NCBI GenBank assembly: GCA_039028335.1
Contig: JBCCIF010000004.1
Span: 1 to 63,580, forward strand
DNA from: Bacteroidota bacterium
GTDB taxonomy: Bacteria; Bacteroidota; Bacteroidia; Flavobacteriales_D; JABDKJ01
Direction of reading: 5' to 3'
Length of the DNA: 63,580 bases
Below are positions 31,750 to 41,729 of the stretch, piece by piece. Position numbers and translations under genes: made by a program. Position 1 is the stretch's first letter. Every line of letters begins with the position of its first letter. The notes beneath the pieces were generated by a model that saw nothing but the letters and a program-made list of their open reading frames with translations, made no database searches and had not been told where the DNA came from.

Positions 31750-32268
31750 CTATTTTATCTTAGCTATTTCATTTTTGAAGGCGTTACCTAATTCCACAAA
31801 GTTGTTATACTCTGGTGGTGGAGGACAAGAAGGAGAAAAGAGAATTACATCTCCTTTCGATGCCAAAGTTTTCGCTTCGTCAATGGCTTCTTTCATTCCT
31901 TGAGTTTGAATAATCACATCTACTAAAGGCATAAGTTCCCTCTTGATGTCTTCAGCATTTTCGCCCATGACAACAATTGATTTCACCTTATACTCTACCA
32001 TTTTATTCAGAAGCATGAAATCTCTATCATGCGCTGTGGAGTTGACTATCCAAACAACAGGACGCTTCAGACATCGAATAGAGTCTTTTGTGGTAATTAA
32101 ATTCGTAGCTTTTGAATCATTGATATATAGAACTCCTGCAATTTCTTCAACCTCTTCTAAACGATGTTCCGTGCTTTTTAATTCATTAATGAGCTTTTCT
32201 CTAGCATCGAGAAGTTTGTCAGCTAGGCTCTGCTTTCCTCGGTGAATAGTGAATACTTTATTTTCCAT
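31750..32268 (-). CDS. Stand-alone MurD C-terminal-domain (Mur ligase domain 3) paralogue, copy A
   Basis: 172 aa. It aligns to residues ~325-461 of the adjacent MurD ([27 protein letters not shown]...NFVELG). It has no P-loop and no N-terminal or central Mur-ligase domains. It lies 1 nt from ftsW and 12 nt from copy B. Confidence 0.7.
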   Translation of the reverse strand: MENKVFTIHRGKQSLADKLLDAREKLINELKSTEHRLEEVEEIAGVLYINDSKATNLITTKDSIRCLKRPVVWIVNSTAHDRDFMLLNKMVEYKVKSIVVMGENAEDIKRELMPLVDVIIQTQGMKEAIDEAKTLASKGDVILFSPSCPPPPEYNNFVELGNAFKNEIAKIK

Positions 32269-32280
32269 TTTAGTGTTTAT

Positions 32281-32793
32281 TTAGTGCAATGATTGTATGA
32301 ATGCATCACCCCTGCTTTCAAAATCCCCATAAGTGTTGTTGTTTGGTATTGCAGGCGAATACAGGACACATGAACCTTTAAATGCCAGTTCCTTTGAAAG
32401 ATCGACTGCTTCTTGAATGGTATTGGCCTCTACTACTACATCAACTAGCTGAAAAAGTTCTTCAACTGTCTGCGCTCTGTTCTGGCCTACTACAATAACG
32501 GATTCCAATTCATTTAAAGTATCCAAATCCAAATTCGCAAAATTCCTTTGATAAGGGCCCGCTTCAACTATCCAGAAAACGGGCTTTGAAATGGAATCCA
32601 AAGAAAATGCAGTTGATTCCAAGTCTTGCGATTTTGCATCATTTATAAATTCAATCCCATCAAACTCACCAACCAATTGCAAACGATGAGTAGTATCTAG
32701 GAGCCTGTTCATGTCCCTTTTTCTCTTAGCAAGCATTCTATCTGCTAATTTTTGGAGACCTTGTTCTTTTAGAATTTCGATTTCTGCATTCAT
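32281..32793 (-). CDS. Stand-alone MurD C-terminal-domain (Mur ligase domain 3) paralogue, copy B
   Basis: 170 aa. It aligns to the same MurD region (THRLQLV, INDAKSQD, VFWIV, VLYSPAIP...DFESRGDAF). It is more divergent than copy A and lies 24 nt downstream of murD. Confidence 0.7.
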   Translation of the reverse strand: MNAEIEILKEQGLQKLADRMLAKRKRDMNRLLDTTHRLQLVGEFDGIEFINDAKSQDLESTAFSLDSISKPVFWIVEAGPYQRNFANLDLDTLNELESVIVVGQNRAQTVEELFQLVDVVVEANTIQEAVDLSKELAFKGSCVLYSPAIPNNNTYGDFESRGDAFIQSLH

Positions 32794-32817
32794 TTTCTTT
32801 TGGGTATTGGTTTTGAT

Positions 32818-34149
32818 TTAAAGTGATCTAACTGCCGCCTTAAATTGATGTCCTCGATCTTCATAGTTCTCGAAAAGATCAAAACTTGCACAGGCTGGAG
32901 AAAGCAAAACTGTATCACCAGCATTGCCTACTAATTTGGCTAATCTCACGGCTTCCTCAGCTGAATCCGATTCATGAATATTAACGACCTTATCTTTAAA
33001 AGCATCAACAATCTTGGCATTGTCTTTTCCTAGACAAACTATGGCTTTGACCTTGTTCTCAACCAATTCCATAAGCTCGCTGTAGTCGTTCCCTTTGTCC
33101 ACTCCTCCTACAATCCAAACAATATTTCCTTCAACAGAGTCCAATGCATACCATACTGAATTGATATTTGTGGCTTTGGAATCATTTATAAAATCTATTC
33201 CATCTACACGGGCAACATGTTCTAGTCTGTGCTCAATACCCTTGAATGAAACCAAGCTTTCTCTTACGGTTTCATTTTTAATTTCAAGCACTCTCGAAGC
33301 CACTGCGGCCGCCATTGAGTTGTAAACGTTGTGTTTACCTTTTAAGGCTAATTCGTAAATTGACATAATTAATGAGTTATTGTTTAATTTTATGTTTAGT
33401 AATTCTCCATTCAAAAAGGCCCCTTCGTCCACTTCTTTCTTTATAGAAATGGGTATCATTTTGGCCTTGATTTCTTTTTGTTTTATGAGATCGTTTATGA
33501 TCGGGTCATCTGCATTATAGATAAAGAAGTCCTCTTCATCTTGATTCATGCATATTCTCATTTTTGAAGTTGCATAAGCATGAATATCATAGTCATAGCG
33601 ATCGAGATGATCTGGTGTAATATTTAACAGAACAGCTACTCGTGGCTTAAATTGCTTTATTCCATCTAATTGAAAACTACTGACCTCAATGACATAATTG
33701 GACCTGTCTTTTTCGGCTACTTGTTTCGCTAAACTAAAGCCAATATTTCCAGCTAAACCTGTATCTCTTCCCGATTTGCTAAAAACATCATAGATCAAAT
33801 TTGTCGTAGTTGTTTTACCATTACTTCCAGTTATTGCAACCATCTCTGCTTTACTGAATCGATACCCCCATTCAATCTCCGAGATAATTTCTTTCCCTTC
33901 GTCTTTGAGGCCTTTGATCAATTGCAGATGATCTGGAATGCCTGGACTTTTTATGATTACATCCGCATCTAAAAGCTTAGCTTCAGTATGTCTTCCCTCT
34001 TCATATCCAATCCCAAAATTTGAAAGAACGTTTTTGTATTTTGCTCTTATCTGACCTTTGTCAGAAAGCCATACATCAAATAATTTCTGTTTCGCAAGGA
34101 TGGCCGCTCCCACCCCACTTTCTCCTCCTCCAAGGACCGCGACTTTCAT
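32818..34149 (-). CDS. murD: UDP-N-acetylmuramoylalanine--D-glutamate ligase
   Basis: Full three-domain MurD ([36 protein letters not shown]). The start was moved to the ATG at 34149, which overlaps the mraY stop (ATGA). Confidence 0.95.
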   Translation of the reverse strand: MKVAVLGGGESGVGAAILAKQKLFDVWLSDKGQIRAKYKNVLSNFGIGYEEGRHTEAKLLDADVIIKSPGIPDHLQLIKGLKDEGKEIISEIEWGYRFSKAEMVAITGSNGKTTTTNLIYDVFSKSGRDTGLAGNIGFSLAKQVAEKDRSNYVIEVSSFQLDGIKQFKPRVAVLLNITPDHLDRYDYDIHAYATSKMRICMNQDEEDFFIYNADDPIINDLIKQKEIKAKMIPISIKKEVDEGAFLNGELLNIKLNNNSLIMSIYELALKGKHNVYNSMAAAVASRVLEIKNETVRESLVSFKGIEHRLEHVARVDGIDFINDSKATNINSVWYALDSVEGNIVWIVGGVDKGNDYSELMELVENKVKAIVCLGKDNAKIVDAFKDKVVNIHESDSAEEAVRLAKLVGNAGDTVLLSPACASFDLFENYEDRGHQFKAAVRSL

Positions 34150-35378
34150 AACACTTTCAGGGTTACAATTGAAATAATTGCGAGAAAGACACCTATTATC
34201 CAAAAGCGAGCGACAATTTTGGATTCATGCATTCCTAAAACCTGATAGTGGTGATGAAGCGGAGCCATTTTGAAAATGCGCCTTCCCTCTCCAAATTTTT
34301 TCTTGGTATACTTGAAATAGCCTACCTGCAGCATTACCGATAGATTCTCAATTAAAAAGATGCCGCATATGATAGGTATGAGTAGTTCTTTACGAATGAT
34401 AATTGCAAAAACAGCTATGATTCCCCCTAAGGCCAAGCTGCCTGTGTCACCCATAAATACTTTTGCTGGAAAAGCATTGTGCCATAAAAATCCTATGCAT
34501 GCACCAACGAATGCCGAAATGAATACCACGGCTTCTCCAGAGTTAGGTATATACATGACATTCAAGTAATCCGCAAAAATGGTATTGCCTGAGACATAGG
34601 CAAAAATGGCTAAGGCTATACCGACAATTGCCGAGACCCCTGTTGCAAGACCATCTAAACCATCTGTCATATTGGCCCCGTTACTCACGAAGGTTACGAT
34701 GAATATTACCACAGGAATAAAGATTATCCAAGCATACTTCTGCCGATCTTCTTCACCCAAAAACCAAAGAACATCAGCATAGTCAAATTCATTATTCCTT
34801 AAAATCGGGATTGTTGTTTTTGTTGATTTTTCTGCAATCCAAATTGCGCTATCTCCATCTGGATCATCGATACTTTGGGCGTTGACGACCGTATGTTCTT
34901 GCTTAATAACAAAGTCATCATGAAAAAACAGGGCCGCTCCAACGATCAAGCCAACTCCTACTTGACCAACGACTTTAAACTTACCTGCCAAGCCCTTTTT
35001 ATTCTTTCGGAATACTTTTATATAATCATCCAAAAAACCTACTGCTCCTAGAAATACAGTCGTAAAGAGCAAGATGATAATGTAGATATTACTGAGATCT
35101 GCGAATAGTAAAGTTGGAATCAGAATAGCGCCCAGAATTATCAATCCTCCCATGGTAGGAGTGCCTGCTTTTTCATTTTGCCCCTTTAAACCTAAATCAC
35201 GAATAGACTCACCTATCTGCTTCTTTCGAAGAAGGCCAATTAGTTTGTTGCCCAATATCATGCTGATTACCAGAGAAATCAACACAGCAGATGCCGCTCG
35301 AAAAGAAATAAACTGAAATATTCCTGCTCCGGGAGTCTGATAGGTATTCTCTAGATATTCGAATAGATGATACAGCAT
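34146..35378 (-). CDS. mraY: Phospho-N-acetylmuramoyl-pentapeptide transferase
   Basis: Typical MraY motifs ([34 protein letters not shown]). Confidence 0.97.
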   Translation of the reverse strand: MLYHLFEYLENTYQTPGAGIFQFISFRAASAVLISLVISMILGNKLIGLLRKKQIGESIRDLGLKGQNEKAGTPTMGGLIILGAILIPTLLFADLSNIYIIILLFTTVFLGAVGFLDDYIKVFRKNKKGLAGKFKVVGQVGVGLIVGAALFFHDDFVIKQEHTVVNAQSIDDPDGDSAIWIAEKSTKTTIPILRNNEFDYADVLWFLGEEDRQKYAWIIFIPVVIFIVTFVSNGANMTDGLDGLATGVSAIVGIALAIFAYVSGNTIFADYLNVMYIPNSGEAVVFISAFVGACIGFLWHNAFPAKVFMGDTGSLALGGIIAVFAIIIRKELLIPIICGIFLIENLSVMLQVGYFKYTKKKFGEGRRIFKMAPLHHHYQVLGMHESKIVARFWIIGVFLAIISIVTLKVL

Positions 35379-36841
35379 TACTTTTCTAGCATTTTAAGCG
35401 TTTCTTGAACGATTTCGAAATCATCAAAAGGATGACGAACGCCATTTATTTCTTGGTATTTCTCATGCCCCTTCCCAGCAACAAGAACTACATCTCCCGG
35501 GTAAGCCATATCGCATGCCGCTTTGATAGCATCTCTTCTATCTGATATGGTAAGCGTCTTTTTAAAATGAATTCCCTCGACTCCTGCTGTCATATCTTTT
35601 AAAATCGCCTCTGGTTTTTCATTCCTAGGATTGTCGGATGTAAAAATCACTTTGTCGGAAAATTCGCAGGCTATCTTCGCCATAATGGGCCGCTTCTTTC
35701 GATCCCTGTTCCCACCGCAGCCAATAACGGTTATGATCTTCTCATTACCTGTGCTGATATCTAATATTGTTTTGAGGACATTTTTCAGCGCATCGGGCGT
35801 GTGGGCATAATCAACAATGGCCGAAACATTCTTCTCTGTTCTTAAGTGCTGAAAGCGACCCTCAACCGGGTTCAAACGTGAAATCTGCGTCAATACTTCG
35901 AGCTTATCTTTACCCAGTGAAATGGCAGTTGCATATACGGCAAGTATGTTGTAAGCATTGAAGCTGCCGATCATTTTTGTGTATAGGTCGTTTCCATCAA
36001 GAAGGACATGAATCCCACTGAATTGATTCTCAATTATTTTAGCCTTGAAGTCGGCAAAGGATTTTACGGCATAGGTTCTTGAAGTAGCTTTTGAATTTTG
36101 AACCATTATCTCTGAATGAGGATCATCATGGTTGACTATGGCAATTGCTTCTTTAGCCAGCTGATCAAAAAAGATCTTCTTCGCCTTTATATATTCATCA
36201 AACGTTTTATGATAATCCAGATGATCATGCGTGATATTGGTAAAGAGCCCAATTTTAAAATCCACTGCCGTTACTCTGTGTTGAACCAATGCATGGGAAC
36301 TAACTTCCATAAAGCAATACTCTATTCCCTCATCCACCATTCTCGCCAAGAGTCTATTCAAAAGGACCACATTTGGCGTTGTATGAGTCGCAGGAATCTC
36401 ATCTTTTCCTATGCGATTGACAACAGTACTAATCAGGCCACAGTTATGACCCATGGCTGTAAACAATTGCCATAGCAGGGTCACACATGTCGTTTTCCCA
36501 TTTGTCCCTGTTACACCAATCAAATTCAATTTCTCTGAAGGATGATCATAGAAATTTCCTGCAATTTCCGCCAAAGCCTTTGCAGAGTCGCTTACTTTGA
36601 TGTATGTAATTCCGCCATGCACTACCTCTGGCAGCGTTTCGCAAACAATGGCAATAGCACCTTTCTCAAGCGCCATTTCGATATACTCGTGCCCATCTAC
36701 TTGCTCACCGGGTATTGCAACAAATAATGAATATCCTTTAACATCCCGGCTATCAAAGTACAAAGAGTCAATAGCTACATTTGTTGGTCCAATGACATCT
36801 TCGATGCCAGCTTTATACAGTATGTCTTTTAGTATTTTCAT
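35378..36841 (-). CDS. murE: UDP-N-acetylmuramoyl-L-alanyl-D-glutamate--2,6-diaminopimelate ligase
   Basis: P-loop [10 protein letters not shown] and the DNPR motif (TSDNPRNE) typical of meso-DAP-adding MurE. Confidence 0.95.
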   Translation of the reverse strand: MKILKDILYKAGIEDVIGPTNVAIDSLYFDSRDVKGYSLFVAIPGEQVDGHEYIEMALEKGAIAIVCETLPEVVHGGITYIKVSDSAKALAEIAGNFYDHPSEKLNLIGVTGTNGKTTCVTLLWQLFTAMGHNCGLISTVVNRIGKDEIPATHTTPNVVLLNRLLARMVDEGIEYCFMEVSSHALVQHRVTAVDFKIGLFTNITHDHLDYHKTFDEYIKAKKIFFDQLAKEAIAIVNHDDPHSEIMVQNSKATSRTYAVKSFADFKAKIIENQFSGIHVLLDGNDLYTKMIGSFNAYNILAVYATAISLGKDKLEVLTQISRLNPVEGRFQHLRTEKNVSAIVDYAHTPDALKNVLKTILDISTGNEKIITVIGCGGNRDRKKRPIMAKIACEFSDKVIFTSDNPRNEKPEAILKDMTAGVEGIHFKKTLTISDRRDAIKAACDMAYPGDVVLVAGKGHEKYQEINGVRHPFDDFEIVQETLKMLEK

Positions 36842-38943
36842 TTAAAAGTGAGCGCTATTTGATCATTAGGCTTGAAGGAAGATCCCTCTTTAATAGACTG
36901 GTGAGCGACAAGTCCATTTCCTTCAATTGCGACTACCAAGCCCATATTTTCTAATAATGGAATTGCGTCCATCATTGGCATTCCTTTTACATTGGGAATT
37001 GTATTTTTCTTAACAGTTATTTCGTCTACAGCAATTGCATTTTCTTTCGCTCTTGTCCTCACCCATTCACCATCGGTTCTCTTCGTTTCTAAAGCTATAT
37101 TCAGATTTTTGGCCACTTGAATGAGATCATCTCCATAACCACTTTTACTTATTGGAGCTTTTTGCTCATCCGAAATTTCCGCTAACTCTATCATGAAATT
37201 CTTGGCGTAAAATTTCTCTGCAATCTCAAGAAATACCGGTCCAGCCACTCGATTCCCGTAATAAAGACCCTTGGTAGGATTATTGACCAAAACAATACAC
37301 GAGTACTTTGGATCATCTGATGGAAAATAGCCCACAAATGACGCTTGGTATCTTGCCTTGTTATCGGCTGTTCTATATCTGCCATCCATGGCAACTTGAG
37401 CTGTCCCTGTTTTTCCAGAAATCTCGAAATGAGGCGATCGCAAATTTTTTGCTGTTCCATTTTCGACTACTCCTTTCAATAACTCCTTGGCATCATTTAA
37501 TGTACCTTCAGAAATAAAATCTTTGTTAATAATAATGGGCTCGGATTGATGAACTAACTCACCATTTCTTTTGATTCTCTTAACTAATTGAGGCTGCACC
37601 ATCACCCCGTCATTAGCAATTGCATTATAAAATGTCAAGGTCTGTAAAGGAGTCATTTTTAACTCATAACCGATCGACATCCATGGCAATGTAACTCCGG
37701 ACCAATGCCCATTTTGATGATCCGGTGTTTTTAGGAAAGGAACCGGCTCTCCTGGTATACTAATCCCGGTTCGTTGATCAATCCCAAATCGTCTCAAGTA
37801 CTTAATGAAGGTCTCTCTATCATTGTCAAATACATCATCTACAACTCTGGAAATACCTACGTTAGATGATACCTCAAAAGCCTTTTGAATATTGACTTTA
37901 CCATAACCCTTGTCATTGGAGTCCTTCATGATTCGATCATGAAATCTGTGTCGTCCCCTTTTCGTATCGACCATAGTTTCTCGACTCACACTTCCTGTTT
38001 CAATGGCTGCTAAAATTGAAGGAAGCTTAAACGTTGACCCCGGTTCAGTAGCAGTTCCAATAGCATGGTTATATCGTTCCACATACTCCCCTGATTCACT
38101 TTTGTCTAAATTTACAATCCCCTTAATAAACCCTGTTTCAACTTCCATAAAGATTGCGCAACCAAAATCGGCTTCATGCTCGACCATTTTTTTTCGAAGA
38201 GCTTCAGAGAGAATATCTTGAACATTGATATCAATGCTTGTGTAAACATCAGCCCCATCTACTGTTTCAACTTGATCATCGTCATTGAGGGGCATCCAAT
38301 CACCACTGGCAATTTTACGCTCTAACCTTTGACCGTTTCTTCCTTTCAATAGGCTATCGAAAGCCAATTCTAAACCATAGATCCCTTTGTCTTTTCCAAA
38401 ACTGTATTTCCCTATTGTCCTTCGTGCTTTTTCCCTGAATGGATTCGCTCTTTTCACCTTCTTTTCAAAACGCACACCGCCTTTGAACCTACCCAATTCG
38501 GCAAGCGGAAACTCTCGAACTTTCTGCAACTCTGTGTAGTTTATTCCCGACTTCAATAATTGATAGCGCTTACCCTGTCTTCTATATCTTTGAAAATCAG
38601 ACAACCAATCGACATAGGAACCACCAAACTCTTCAGACATTGCCTTTGCAAACGCCCCGATATTCTCGTTAAATCTGGCATCACTTAGACCGTCCGCTTT
38701 AAAGTCCATTCGAACATCGTAAATCGGCAAGGTGGTTGCTAAAAGGCTTTCGTCATCGGCATATATATTTCCACGATCAGCTATCACCTCTTTCCATCTA
38801 GTGTATCTTTCAGATTCTTCTGTAATTTGCGGATCAGCCGAAATCTGAATACTGAAAAGGCGGTAGATAATAGCTACGGAAAGAACAAATACGAAGACCC
38901 CAACCAGAGTCGTTCTCACTATGGTTCCTTGTTCAATCTTCAT
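36838..38943 (-). CDS. ftsI: Penicillin-binding protein 3 (FtsI) with C-terminal PASTA domain
   Basis: Transpeptidase motifs STFK, SSN and KTGT. The last ~60 aa look like a PASTA domain (IPNVKGMPMMDAIPLLENMGLVV...G.V..QS...G). The start was moved to the ATG at 38943. Confidence 0.92.
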   Translation of the reverse strand: MKIEQGTIVRTTLVGVFVFVLSVAIIYRLFSIQISADPQITEESERYTRWKEVIADRGNIYADDESLLATTLPIYDVRMDFKADGLSDARFNENIGAFAKAMSEEFGGSYVDWLSDFQRYRRQGKRYQLLKSGINYTELQKVREFPLAELGRFKGGVRFEKKVKRANPFREKARRTIGKYSFGKDKGIYGLELAFDSLLKGRNGQRLERKIASGDWMPLNDDDQVETVDGADVYTSIDINVQDILSEALRKKMVEHEADFGCAIFMEVETGFIKGIVNLDKSESGEYVERYNHAIGTATEPGSTFKLPSILAAIETGSVSRETMVDTKRGRHRFHDRIMKDSNDKGYGKVNIQKAFEVSSNVGISRVVDDVFDNDRETFIKYLRRFGIDQRTGISIPGEPVPFLKTPDHQNGHWSGVTLPWMSIGYELKMTPLQTLTFYNAIANDGVMVQPQLVKRIKRNGELVHQSEPIIINKDFISEGTLNDAKELLKGVVENGTAKNLRSPHFEISGKTGTAQVAMDGRYRTADNKARYQASFVGYFPSDDPKYSCIVLVNNPTKGLYYGNRVAGPVFLEIAEKFYAKNFMIELAEISDEQKAPISKSGYGDDLIQVAKNLNIALETKRTDGEWVRTRAKENAIAVDEITVKKNTIPNVKGMPMMDAIPLLENMGLVVAIEGNGLVAHQSIKEGSSFKPNDQIALTFK

Positions 38944-39298
38944 TTCGAATCTTTTGAATTTCAACAAGTGGCTCTGTCGACTCATCCAGACCCAGATTAG
39001 AAATCTGACGTGCGACTGAAGATTGCTGCCTTAAACTATCTAATTGCGATTGCCAAGTGAGATGTTCCGACTTAACGTCCTTTAGCTCTGCCTCACGGAG
39101 ATTCAGCTCCTTTACAGATCGCTCTGTAAAGTAGCCGTAAGAAATGTAGCAAACCATAATTAGTGTTAGAAAAGCTGCAAAAGGCAAGAATTGCACTACC
39201 TGGTCTTTACCAAGAAAACTCCCATTGAGTATATCAATGACCTTCTTGACAAAAGCAGGCGTTTTAATTGATCTTCTTTCCTTTCTGAGTTTGTTCAT
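38933..39298 (-). CDS. ftsL: FtsL-like cell division protein
   Basis: Small bitopic protein with one TM segment followed by a coiled coil, located between rsmH and ftsI. Confidence 0.65.
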   Translation of the reverse strand: MNKLRKERRSIKTPAFVKKVIDILNGSFLGKDQVVQFLPFAAFLTLIMVCYISYGYFTERSVKELNLREAELKDVKSEHLTWQSQLDSLRQQSSVARQISNLGLDESTEPLVEIQKIRNED

Positions 39299-40205
39299 TT
39301 ATTCTTTCTCCTATTCTCAATCGAGCACTTCTGGCCCGTGGGTTTCGTTCTATTTCCTCTACAGTTGCTTTAATGGCTTTAGATGAGATTGCCCTAAATG
39401 GCTTTATATCGTTTCCGTAAAAATCTTTTCCTACTCTACCTTCGAAATTTCCTGATCTAAAAAAATTCTTAACCATTCTATCCTCTAAAGAATGGTAAGA
39501 GATAATTACCAAGCGACCTCCCACTCTGAGCAACTCCACCGATTGAAGAAGCAATTCTTCTAAAGCCCTCATCTCTTCATTCACCTCTATTCTAAGGGCC
39601 TGAAAAACCTTTGAGAGGTATTGTTTCTCTTTTTTAAACGTTGCCATTGACAGAGAAAGATTCTTCAGCTGCAGGGTATCTTTGAATGACTCCTCTTGAC
39701 GAAAGTCAATTACGGCTTTCGCCAACTTTCCAGGATTGGGAACTTCACCATACCTTCTGAAAACTGACGCTAAGTCTTCAAAAGAATAGGAATTCAAAAT
39801 ATCAGCTGCAGTCGGGCCAACCTGCTGATTCATCCGCATATCAAGAGGACCTTCAAAGCGAAATGAAAATCCGCGTTCCGCCTCATCAAATTGATAACTA
39901 CTCACACCTAGATCCCCTAAAATACCGTCAACAACCCTCAAACCATTTAGTCTGAGATTCTTCTTTAAAAATTTGAAATTTGCCTTTACCAGCGTCAATC
40001 GATCATCATCTATCTTATTTGACTGCGCGTCAGCATCCTGATCAAATGCGATCAAGCGACCGCTTTCTAAGCCCTTCAATATTTCCCTACTATGACCACC
40101 CCCACCATAGGTAACATCCACATAGTCACCATCTTTATTGATTTCTAATCCATTAATACAATCATGTAAAAGAACGGGGGTATGATAGCGATCACTCACC
40201 ATCAT
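39264..40205 (-). CDS. rsmH: 16S rRNA (cytosine1402-N4)-methyltransferase
   Basis: YHTPVLL near the N-terminus, plus DVTYGGGGHS, DLGVSS and SYHSLEDR. The start was taken at the ATGATG (40205/40202) overlapping the mraZ stop. The track ORF extends to 40223. Confidence 0.93.
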   Translation of the reverse strand: MMVSDRYHTPVLLHDCINGLEINKDGDYVDVTYGGGGHSREILKGLESGRLIAFDQDADAQSNKIDDDRLTLVKANFKFLKKNLRLNGLRVVDGILGDLGVSSYQFDEAERGFSFRFEGPLDMRMNQQVGPTAADILNSYSFEDLASVFRRYGEVPNPGKLAKAVIDFRQEESFKDTLQLKNLSLSMATFKKEKQYLSKVFQALRIEVNEEMRALEELLLQSVELLRVGGRLVIISYHSLEDRMVKNFFRSGNFEGRVGKDFYGNDIKPFRAISSKAIKATVEEIERNPRARSARLRIGERINEQTQKGKKIN

Positions 40206-40656
40206 CAAAATTGCCGTTACCAAAAATCTCTTCCGCTAAAGCTTCCGTATTTACATCAGCCTTAAGAGCCTTTTCATAAGCTTTCGGATTCCAAATTTCA
40301 ATTTGATCTCCATTGGCAATGAGCTTTAAATCTTTTTTAACTCCAGCATACTTGAGCAATGACGCATTTATCAGAATCCTGCCTTGACCATCCAATTCAA
40401 CCTTTACTGCGTTGGCCGTAAACTGCCGAATGAAATCTCTATTCTTCTTGATAAAAGTGTTGAGCTTACTCAATTGAGCATTGTTCTTTTTCCAAACTGA
40501 CCATGGATACAAGACCAAAGACCTTTCATAGAGATCCCTATTCACTACAAATCCTTCATGTATAATTTCCTTGACTTGAGCGGACAAGCCCTTTGGGATA
40601 AGCAGCCTGCCTTTGGCATCCACTTTACAATCATATGTCCCCAAAATATCTAGCAA
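40192..40656 (-). CDS. mraZ: Transcriptional regulator MraZ
   Basis: Two SpoVT/AbrB-like repeats, each with the DxxGR motif (VDAKGRLLIP and LDGQGRILI). It is the first gene of the dcw cluster. The start codon is TTG. Confidence 0.92.
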   Translation of the reverse strand: MLDILGTYDCKVDAKGRLLIPKGLSAQVKEIIHEGFVVNRDLYERSLVLYPWSVWKKNNAQLSKLNTFIKKNRDFIRQFTANAVKVELDGQGRILINASLLKYAGVKKDLKLIANGDQIEIWNPKAYEKALKADVNTEALAEEIFGNGNFDDGE

Positions 40657-40686
40657 GGTTTTCGCTGGTTTGAAAAATTAGTTGGT

Positions 40687-40728
40687 CAAATATACCACTT
40701 TTTCCCACTAACTTCCATTTTTTACCAC
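40687..40728 (-). promoter_or_regulatory. Candidate dcw promoter -7 box plus phased MraZ-box array
   Basis: The minus strand reads GTGGT-N5-ATGGA-N5-GTGGG-N5-GTGGT. On the plus strand the motifs start at 40694, 40704, 40714 and 40724, an exact 10-bp register. The array is immediately followed by TATATTTG (Bacteroidota -7 consensus TAnnTTTG, plus strand 40687-40694), ~30 nt upstream of the mraZ start. Confidence 0.6.
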
Positions 40729-40966
40729 TTTGTTGAAAAATTAAAACGATATGAACAATTTATTATTGCCAATGGGCTAAAATGGCCCTGAGCATATCTG
40801 CTGACACTAACACTAAGAACACGGCTAAATCAATTACTCTCATTGACTTTCAACCAGTTATATCAGTTCGAAATAAAATCCGATTCAAGAATATCCTGAG
40901 AGGTGGGAAAAAAGAGAATTGTGGGAAAATCAAATGACTTTCATTTTTTTCTACATTTGAATTTAG

Positions 40967-41728
40967 ATGGAACATTTAATCACCGAAGAGGGAGAATTTA
41001 AATTCATAGAGCAAGGTGAAGGACCAATAATTCTTGTACTTCATGGTTTGTTTGGGGCCTTGAGCAACTTTAAAGATGTCTTTTCAGGATTCAGCGATAA
41101 GTACAAAGTGGTCATCCCAATGCTCCCAATTTATGAGCTGCCATTGTTAAAATGCAATGTCAAAAACCTCGCTGATTTTCTGCATCGATTTATTGAGTTC
41201 AAGCAATATGAGAGTTTAAACTTACTGGGGAATTCATTAGGTGGTCATGTTGCACTCGTTCATGCGGCAGCTCATCCGGACAAAATTAACTCGGTTACTC
41301 TGACTGGCAGTTCTGGTCTTTATGAAAACGCTTTTGGAGGGACTTTCCCACGAAGAGAAGACAAGAGGTACTTGAGAGAAAAAATTGCCTTAACTTTTTT
41401 TGATCCGGCCATGGTAACTGATGAATTGGTAGATGAGTGCCATGAAGCCGTAAATAATCGAAATAAAGTCTTGCGTATTCTCTCGATTGCGAAATCAGCA
41501 ATTCGTCACAATATGGCTTCCGAATTGCCAAATTACAGCATGCCTTTTTGTTTGATATGGGGAAAAAATGACACCATCACACCACCTGAAGTCGCTGAAG
41601 AATTTCATGAAAAAATAACCGACTCCGACCTCTATTGGATTGATAAGTGCGGCCATGCTCCAATGATGGAACATCCCGAAAAATTCAATGACATCTTGAA
41701 AGCTTGGTTCAAGGACCGCGGAATCTGA
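40967..41728 (+). CDS. Alpha/beta-fold hydrolase
   Basis: HG oxyanion motif (VLHGLFG), nucleophile elbow GNSLGG and a C-terminal catalytic His context ([10 protein letters not shown]). Confidence 0.85.
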   Translation: MEHLITEEGEFKFIEQGEGPIILVLHGLFGALSNFKDVFSGFSDKYKVVIPMLPIYELPLLKCNVKNLADFLHRFIEFKQYESLNLLGNSLGGHVALVHAAAHPDKINSVTLTGSSGLYENAFGGTFPRREDKRYLREKIALTFFDPAMVTDELVDECHEAVNNRNKVLRILSIAKSAIRHNMASELPNYSMPFCLIWGKNDTITPPEVAEEFHEKITDSDLYWIDKCGHAPMMEHPEKFNDILKAWFKDRGI

Positions 41729-41729
41729 A

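Noticed and set aside
23981-40656. Absence of murF, ddl and murB from the dcw cluster as a possible anomaly.
   Set aside because: As far as I recall, Bacteroidota dcw clusters normally lack these genes, which are encoded elsewhere. It is not unusual by itself.
40903-40925. Two plus-strand GTGGG motifs (40903 and 40921) upstream of the alpha/beta hydrolase gene, considered as a possible second MraZ site.
   Set aside because: There are only two copies, spaced 18 bp apart rather than in 10-bp phase, and they face away from mraZ. This is too weak to call.
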